A stretch of 64,000 bases of DNA. Source: the human T2T-CHM13v2.0 reference genome, Homo sapiens. A model generated the notes under the pieces. It searched no databases. It was not told where the DNA came from and saw nothing but the letters and a program-made list of their open reading frames with translations. The stretch lies in assembly GCF_009914755.1 (NCBI RefSeq), contig NC_060932.1, one strand, 5' to 3'. Of this stretch, positions 54,073-64,000 are shown one piece after another (positions within the stretch are counted from its first letter, which is position 1; each line of letters begins with the position of its first letter). The position numbers and the translations under genes are program-made.

Positions 54073-54890
54073 GTTGTGTTTACAGCCTACGAGACCTCAA
54101 CCTTTTTCTCATAGTGAGTTTTTACTTCCTGTTTCCTTCCAAGAAGGAGTGTAAGAATCTGCATTAGTCCCTCAGGGATCAAGCCCAGGAGCTTGGCTCC
54201 CTGCCTTGGGAGAGTAAGTCTATCCCGCTATCCCCCACTCATGGAGGGTAATCAATAAAGCGTATTCTTGGGCAAGTTGTTAAAGGAGAGAAACAAGCAC
54301 TTGTCATACTTTTGGCTGCTCAGCATCTGAACTCCCTTCTCAAGTTCCACCTTTGTGTGAGCCTTCATAGGAAGCTGATAGGATATGGGGTTGCCACCAG
54401 GATATCGCCAGGAACCACTCTTGCCTAGAACTTTGAGTCTGGAGCAGGGAATCCTAGGAGCAGAGATAATTTAGAACCTATCCTAGTGGCACCACCGACA
54501 GCATTCAGGGTCCAGTGGCACCCATGCAGCAGTAGTGATGGCAGCCACCCTAATCAGCCTGTATCCACTGTGCGGTGCCCTGCCCTGTGCTGGACAGCCA
54601 GCTTTTCTTGGTATTTGTCTGCTTCTCTGTCCTCCCTGTTAATTGTCTGAGCTACTCCATATTCTACCAGTAGGTTCCCTTTCTGCCTATAATAACTAGA
54701 GTTTGTTGTTTGCTAATGCTGAAGGGCATGAACAATTACAGGTGCACAGGCAAACAGAACCAGCTTCATCCAGCTTAGGAACAATTAATCTTACTTTGAG
54801 ATTTCTCCACCATAGAGGCCAGCCTGAGCCATTCATCTCCCTCTGCCTCACCAAAATTTGGCATCTTTTACACATTTTAAATTGCTTATA

Positions 54891-55207
<317 letters not shown>

Positions 55208-56944
55208 TCATAAATTAAAAGTAAAATTAAAAAATAAATTGTTTATACTTTTATGTTCTTTGGAAGACCTACAATGAAAGAGGAATATATTTTGAGCAAA
55301 AAATGGAGAAGATTTAAATGGTGTTAAAGATGGTGGCAGATGGTAAGAACTCACTGTGAATGCCAAAGACACATCACCTTTTTTTTTTGTAGACTGTGCG
55401 TTTTCTCAATTGAGATTTTTTAAAATTTGCTGATGTCATGTTTCCTGAATTTGTTGGCTGCAGCTGCATCTCAAGACATGGTTAAGTATAGTCCAGTGAA
55501 CCATGGTCATAGGAGTAGTTTGGAATGGGCCACAATCAGCCTGCACTTGACCCTGAGAAATGGAGGGGAATGGCTACATGTGTGGAGAAACAGGCATATG
55601 TAGTAGAGAGAAGGCAAAACACCAGGCCAAGGCCCAACCCAGGCAAGCAGCATGTCGGTGCTGGGGTTGTCTGTGATTGACATGGAGGCATGGGTATCCC
55701 CTCCCCAGTCATGGGGGATTCAGAAGTAGCAATTCTCTGGTTCCAAGCAGGCAGCTGACATTAGATAAGCAACACAGGATGTAGCACAGACCAACCCTTG
55801 AATCAAGGACAGGATGGGCTGATGAGAGAAATACAGGGTCCTAATTCTAAAGAATCTGCAGAACCCCCGGTTTTGAAACATAATGATTTAGAGAAAGAAA
55901 AAAATGGCAAATGCCAGTCATCAGACATGGGCACAAAGGAAGGTGGGGTCACCGGCAAAAAAAAAAAAAAAAAAAAAAAAAAAGGACTTGATGTAAGTAA
56001 GAGAACCTTCCATCCCTGCTTTCTGCAGTCAAGGCCTTTCCCAGAAGAAGAGCAGCAGCAGAATCAGGCTTCTGAATGTAGGCCATGCTCTCAGACAGAA
56101 AAACATGCTGCAGAGACTGAATGACCACTTGCAATGGATCTTGTCTCATTCATTCTTTCTTACCGAATTTGTTAGCAACAGAAATCTAGAAGAACCTTAT
56201 AGGATGAGCTGGTCTGTCCTACCTCAAGACCAATAACACAAACAGAAACACTCCAAAAGAGCCACTGCCTTTGACTTGTTATAGGAAAAGAGATTCTAAA
56301 ACTTCCCTCTGTATGTAGCTAATTCTACCATTTATTTCCTACTCTTGTGTCTGACTCAAAGCTCTCAACTTTGCTTAAAATTGAGGCCAGCATACACCAG
56401 AAGTATACATGATTTATGTATACGTGTCAGTACTCTCATAGAAATTCCTTATTTGCTTCAAGTTCAAAATTATGTTACCTTATTCAACAATGTAGAGTGC
56501 ATGTATCGTGTAATAGGTTTTGAGGATTCAAAAATGAATAAAACACAGTCCCACCTTTGGGAAACTTATAGTATAGTCCACAGCTGCCTTTTCTCAAGAC
56601 AATTTTACCCCAATTCCTACAAAAATGTTCAGCAAGAGAAGTTTAGAAAGGAGGGGAAGTTGGAATGGGGTAATAGAAAAATAAAGGCAATATATGAGAG
56701 ATTTAAAAAGCAAATAATGATGAACCCCATCTTTCCTGTTTCTGGAATGGGCTGTCTCACAGGCCAGAAGACTAGGACTGCCACAGGGGGATGCCTACAG
56801 GTCCATGGAGGCCTGTCTGTTTCAGACCAACCTGACACACACAAGAAAGCCACTATGATTTACTCCATGACTAATTGAGAGACACAGAGTACTGTGGGTG
56901 TAATAAACTGTTAGCCATACGACCTTTGTCCTTGCTTAATAACA

Positions 56945-57354
<410 letters not shown>

Positions 57355-57889
57355 CTATGGAGCCATTTGGTGCTGTTCAAAGCTGCTGTTGGTTCACATA
57401 GGCATGCAGCTCAGAGGAGAGATGCTTAATCAGCTTTTTGACTCCATGAGGAAACCACTCTTCAGCTCTGTGTGAAATGCTGCTTGCGGAACTTTGCTAG
57501 CCCTCTGTTTGCTGCACATATAATTCTATGCAGCCATTTTCCAACAGAAGAAAATGCAGAGTAGATCATTTTTGCAGTGTGCTAGGGTCTCCATGATGAT
57601 GAGCCTGTTCTACCATTTAGGGTTGAGGAAGGATTGTTGAAGACTGACAACATTGTCAAGCAGCCAGGTGTGCTGCACGCCTTGTCCAAATCACAGAACT
57701 ATAAAAGTTGTTGGACGGTACTGAATAATTCAAAAACCTGTTTAATATGGAGCTTGGATACTATGTAAATGATATTTTCTGATCATCTCCTAAAGAACCC
57801 TGTAGTACTGTTATTTGCTTTTATGTTTAACTCATGAGAAATACAGTACACATTGTCCTAACAGAATAGCTTAAGTCACTGAACCCTGC

Positions 57890-58410
57890 TGGTTGTCTCT
57901 CCACTTCTTTAGATCTTTCTTTCTTCTTTTTATTTCCTTCAGAGAAGTTTTACGTATTTCTTCAGAAAGATTTTTCACATTTCTTTTAGATATGTTCTGA
58001 GTATTTTATCATTTTGCTGCTATTGCGAATGGACTTTTTTTCCCATTATATTTTCCAACAAAGAATTGCTGTATAAAGAATAGCAACTGGCTTTTGTACA
58101 TATTTTTTCTCTATATTTTACGGACCATACTTATTTGTTTCAATACTTTTCAGCTGATATTTTTGGATTTTCCATGTATGAGAATATATCATCAAAATAA
58201 TCATGCTTATCTCTTCCTTTCCAACCTATGTATATATTAATTCCATTTTCTCCCTTATTAGCAAGTTTGGATGCTAATAGTAATGGGGCATTCTTACCTT
58301 GTTTCTGACTTTTATAGAAATTCCTTTATTAATCAATCATTGAATATGATAGTTGCTGTTGATTTCTTTATATACTTTTTGCCATATTAAGGGAGCTTCC
58401 TTTGACTCCT
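57890..58410 (-). mobile_element. L1M fragment
   Basis: ttttgctgctattgcgaatgg...gggcattcttaccttgtttctgactt antisense L1 ORF2-like. Confidence 0.65.
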
Positions 58411-58924
58411 AAGAATTTAACTAACATTAGGTAGAGTTTTAGGGCACTAATGAATAACTTTTTCCCACCTTGAGTTTAGAACCAATTCTGAACACAAGAA
58501 CCAGACAGATACAGATCAAAACACCAGCTTAATTGGTGAGAATAATTGAAGAATGTGGCACAGATGTGGGGACTCAGATGGCTTTCTAATTTTTCACCCT
58601 AGAAATAAACTCACCTAGATGAAAGTGCAAAATGGTAAGCCTCCTCCACATAGCCATGGCTGCCCTGGTAAAATTAATATCACACGAAGGAAGGCATTCC
58701 AGAAAAAGACCCTGTCTGCAGGCGAGCACATCTAAAATGGGAAGCTCACAAGGGGCAGAGCCAAGGAATTTCAGTGTATTCTCCAATACTCACCAGACAC
58801 TCCCTGGTAGGAAGATCCAGAGAGAGGACAGAAACATTACTGTTAGAAATCCCTTTATGGAAAGATGAGGCCCACAGAATTAGAGGCTTCTTATATAAAT
58901 GGCTAGTCAGTTTTCTCAAAAGCT

Positions 58925-59480
58925 TGTTAGGCATCCGAATGAGATGTCTATTACAACATAACAAATTGCCGCCAACATAGCAACTTCACACATGCTTATT
59001 ATCTCACAGTTTATGTGGGTCAGGAGCCTGATCATAGCTTAGCTGGGCTGTCTGCTTTGGGATCTCTTATGAGGCTGCAATCAAGGTGTTGGCCAGGATG
59101 GAGTCTCATGGGAATGCTCAACTGGGGAAGGATCTGCTTCTAAGCTCCCTCATGTGGTTGTTGGAAGATTCAGTTCCTTTTGGACTGTTGAACTGATGCT
59201 CTCAGCTCCTAACTGGCTCTTGATCAGAGGCTACCTTTAGGTCCTTGCTTAATAGAGCTTCCTGATGCAGCAACTTGCTTCATCACAGCCAGCAAAAGAG
59301 AGTCTGCTGGGAAGATGGAAGTCAAAATCTTTTGTCATTTAAACATGGAAATATTATCCCCTCAATGTTGCTGAATTCTATTGGTGAATAGAAAATTATT
59401 CAAGAGTAGAAGACTCCACAAGGTTGTGAATACCAGGAGGCAGAGATCACTGGGGACCATCTTAGAGGTTGCTTCCTACA
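58925..59480 (-). mobile_element. MLT1F-like LTR
   Basis: ttattatctcacagtttatgtgggtcaggag...gaggctgcaatcaaggtgttggccagg...gggaccatcttagagg. Confidence 0.75.
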
Positions 59481-59679
59481 GGCAACTATAAAAATGACAT
59501 AATCAACACAGTTCTTAATTTTGAACTATTCTTAAATTCTCAAAAGTTCCTTGATCATAACGTTTTTAATGAACAGATGGATTAAATTGCTAATATTTTC
59601 TTTAGGACCTTTACATCTATACTGATGAAGTATTAGGTCTACAGTTTTTGATGTTTTATTGGGTTTGAAATCTGGATTA

Positions 59680-60062
<383 letters not shown>

Positions 60063-60186
60063 CAAAAAACCATGGGAATTACCAGATCCTTTAAAATTTG
60101 AGAGTATCCTCCTGTAACACTATCTGGAAGTAAATCTTTGACAAAATTGTCAATCTATCCTTTCTCAATTTTAATAACTGCAGGTA

Positions 60187-60484
<298 letters not shown>

Positions 60485-60611
60485 AGCTATCTTTTAAAGT
60501 GTTTTCTTGGCCAGGTTTATCAACGGTTTGTTTCTCTTGTTGATATTTTCTAAAACCACTCTTATGATTTTATCAAATTTTAAATTTTGTTATTTTCTAA
60601 TTCTTCATTAA

Positions 60612-61930
<1,319 letters not shown>

Positions 61931-63115
61931 CATTGATGATGGCTTTTACTTATACTTACTGTTGGAAATATAGTACAAATATCTTGGGCCTATGAGGTGG
62001 CAGGCTCATATATTCTATAAACCATTTTTCTCACTCATACATATTTTATCTAGAACCAGTCCTGAAGAAGATGAGCAATTCTGCACTGAATAAACATAGG
62101 GTCTTGGTGAAATTCTTGCGGCAACCCGCTGGATGTTAACTGTCTCAACTTAGACCTATCATCGGGAGCCTATACTTAAAGGAGGCAGAGGCACAAAGTA
62201 GAGATCTGTAAGTTTCTTTCTGCATAGCAAAAATTACATCGGCAACATTTCAGTGCATCTCAGCTGCTCTGATGGTACTCAATATCGCAGTGATGTTGTC
62301 CAATAATGTGTCTTGAAGGGCCCAAACCACCAATGTTAGGGTATTAAGGTACACAGAAATACTAAGAAAGCTGCATCCATCCAATTCTGTCTTTTCTTTA
62401 ACATGGGGATAGTGTTCTCAACCTCAGTCATCTCAACAAATCTCCAGAAAACCTTTGCCATTTTCATGTCTTAACTTCTTCAGAAATTGGACAGACGTCT
62501 ATGCTTTGCATGTCGGGAGCTCTGTTGGTGTCTTATTCTGTTAATATCAAAGTCAAACTAGATTAAAAAACAGATAAGATGACTATATTGAAAGAAAATA
62601 GTTGGATTAAGTAACAGTCTCTTTGGGTCTGTTTTGGATATTCTAAGTAAAAGCAGAGAAAGAAAAGATGTTCTGTTTTGATTCTAATCCTAGGTCTTCC
62701 CCTATAAAGAGCCTCTAATAAGTGTGGAATCCTGGGTAGAAATAAGACAGCCTTGAAATGACTTTGTAAGAATAGGTGGGTAAAAATTTATATTACTGTA
62801 GAGAGCTACTAAGGGTGATAAGAAGGAAAAGGAAAGATTTTTAAAATCACATTTTAGAATTCATGTGTAATTCCTCACTTTTGTGTAACTAAGTCCAGGA
62901 ACTTAAGAAGGTATTATGTTGAATTATTTTATTTCTATTCTAGGATTGAGTAGGTAAGTAAATATCTGAGTACTCGAATTCTCATTTTCAGAGAAATGAA
63001 TTACACATAAGAAAATGGGAAGGCCAGAATGAGCCCTATGGGTTTATATTGGAATTGGAGATAGCATGTACTTATGGTTTTTAATATTTATACAGAGAAA
63101 AATAGAAACAGATGT

Positions 63116-63901
63116 TGTTGCTGAGTCAAACCTGGGTCTGCTTTCCTGGGGGTGAAGTAAAGCCAAACATCCACACTGAGGTTTTGCAGTGGGAGAAAAG
63201 AGGGTGTTTATTTGCAGGGCACCAAGCAAGGAGAATTGGGCAGCTCATGATTAATAAATACACGGCCTCCCTGAGGGATTACAAGCAAGGGTTTTTAAAG
63301 GCAGGGGTAAATCTCAGGAAAGCAGAAGTTACAGTCGAAAGTGTAAATCGACACTTGGAGGTTATACATTGGTTTGGCCTAAAAAAGGTGGAATATCTTG
63401 AAGCAGGAGCTCACAGGTCATAGGTGGAATCAAAAATTCTCTGATTTGTGACTGGTTAGGAAAGTGAAGCTTCGTCTGAAATCCTGGGGTAAGCCGAAAG
63501 GAATGTTAAGGTCTGGCCCGTGGCATGACTTCTTCCAGGTCCTTCAGGAAGAAATTTAGAACAAAGGAGGGTGGTCAGAATTCAGTCCTCAGTTTCCCCC
63601 ATCTGAGGTCCACGTGCCAGCGGATTCATTTGGTGGGGCTCTAGGTTTCTGAAAAACAACTCAAGGACACGTGTTAAGATGTTATCTTTAGTTTCTACAG
63701 GGAACCAAACACCTTGTGGCTCTAACTTCCTTGACTATTCTTTTTAAGCTACAATTACCTCCTTACCAGGTTGCTCATTTGGTTCTCAGGGCTAGCTAGG
63801 TGTCTGTTATTTACTTTCCTTGAAAAACTCAAGATTTTGTTTCCATGTTTGCGGCTGGGGAGGGCAGCAGGCCTGTAAGAGGGTGCCCCTGCTCCGTCTC
63901 A
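63116..63901 (-). mobile_element. MER4-group (MER66/LTR48-like) solo LTR
   Basis: Minus strand starts tgagacggagcaggggcaccctctt; TG...CA ends; TSD atgt at 63112-15 and 63902-05. Confidence 0.78.
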
Positions 63902-64000
63902 ATGTGTGTGTATTATACATGTATTTCTTCGCTCTGCCCACTAAGAGGATCTAGAAGAAATGTCTCTGCACCAGCGATGAGAACAATCAGCCCCCAATCT

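Noticed and set aside
56345-56878. 177-aa ORF (also the 164-aa ORF at 28540-29034 and the 141-aa ORF at 27221-27646)
   Set aside because: Non-ATG starts, no recognisable domain or exon context; lengths compatible with chance in 64 kb across six frames

Overview
Primate (very likely human) nuclear DNA, dense in repeats and apparently intergenic or intronic. I recognise no intact protein-coding exon, tRNA, rRNA or snRNA gene, and no CRISPR array. Nearly all listed ORFs come from Alu, L1, LTR or microsatellite sequence. The main features are: (1) a 3'-truncated HERV-E/Harlequin-type provirus on the minus strand (about 15232-16879). It has an LTR2-family LTR, a tRNA-Glu PBS, a triplicated 75-bp LTR-end/U5 unit and a disabled gag that runs in frame into an AluJ. 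(2) A processed UBE2V1 pseudogene on the minus strand (about 32380-33024). (3) A short, internally deleted MER4-group ERV with a tRNA-Leu PBS (30801-32345). (4) About 25 Alus, several solo LTRs, L1/L2/MIR fragments, DNA transposons and long microsatellites. The sequence does not support a new multi-gene system. The best leads are local structural oddities: a Tigger2a whose two halves lie in swapped order, several short templated duplications, the LTR tandem repeat, and a hairpin/CCAAT-rich unique block at 34.3-35.4 kb. Repeat subfamily names come from my recall of consensus sequences, not from a RepeatMasker run. I could not identify the chromosomal locus.
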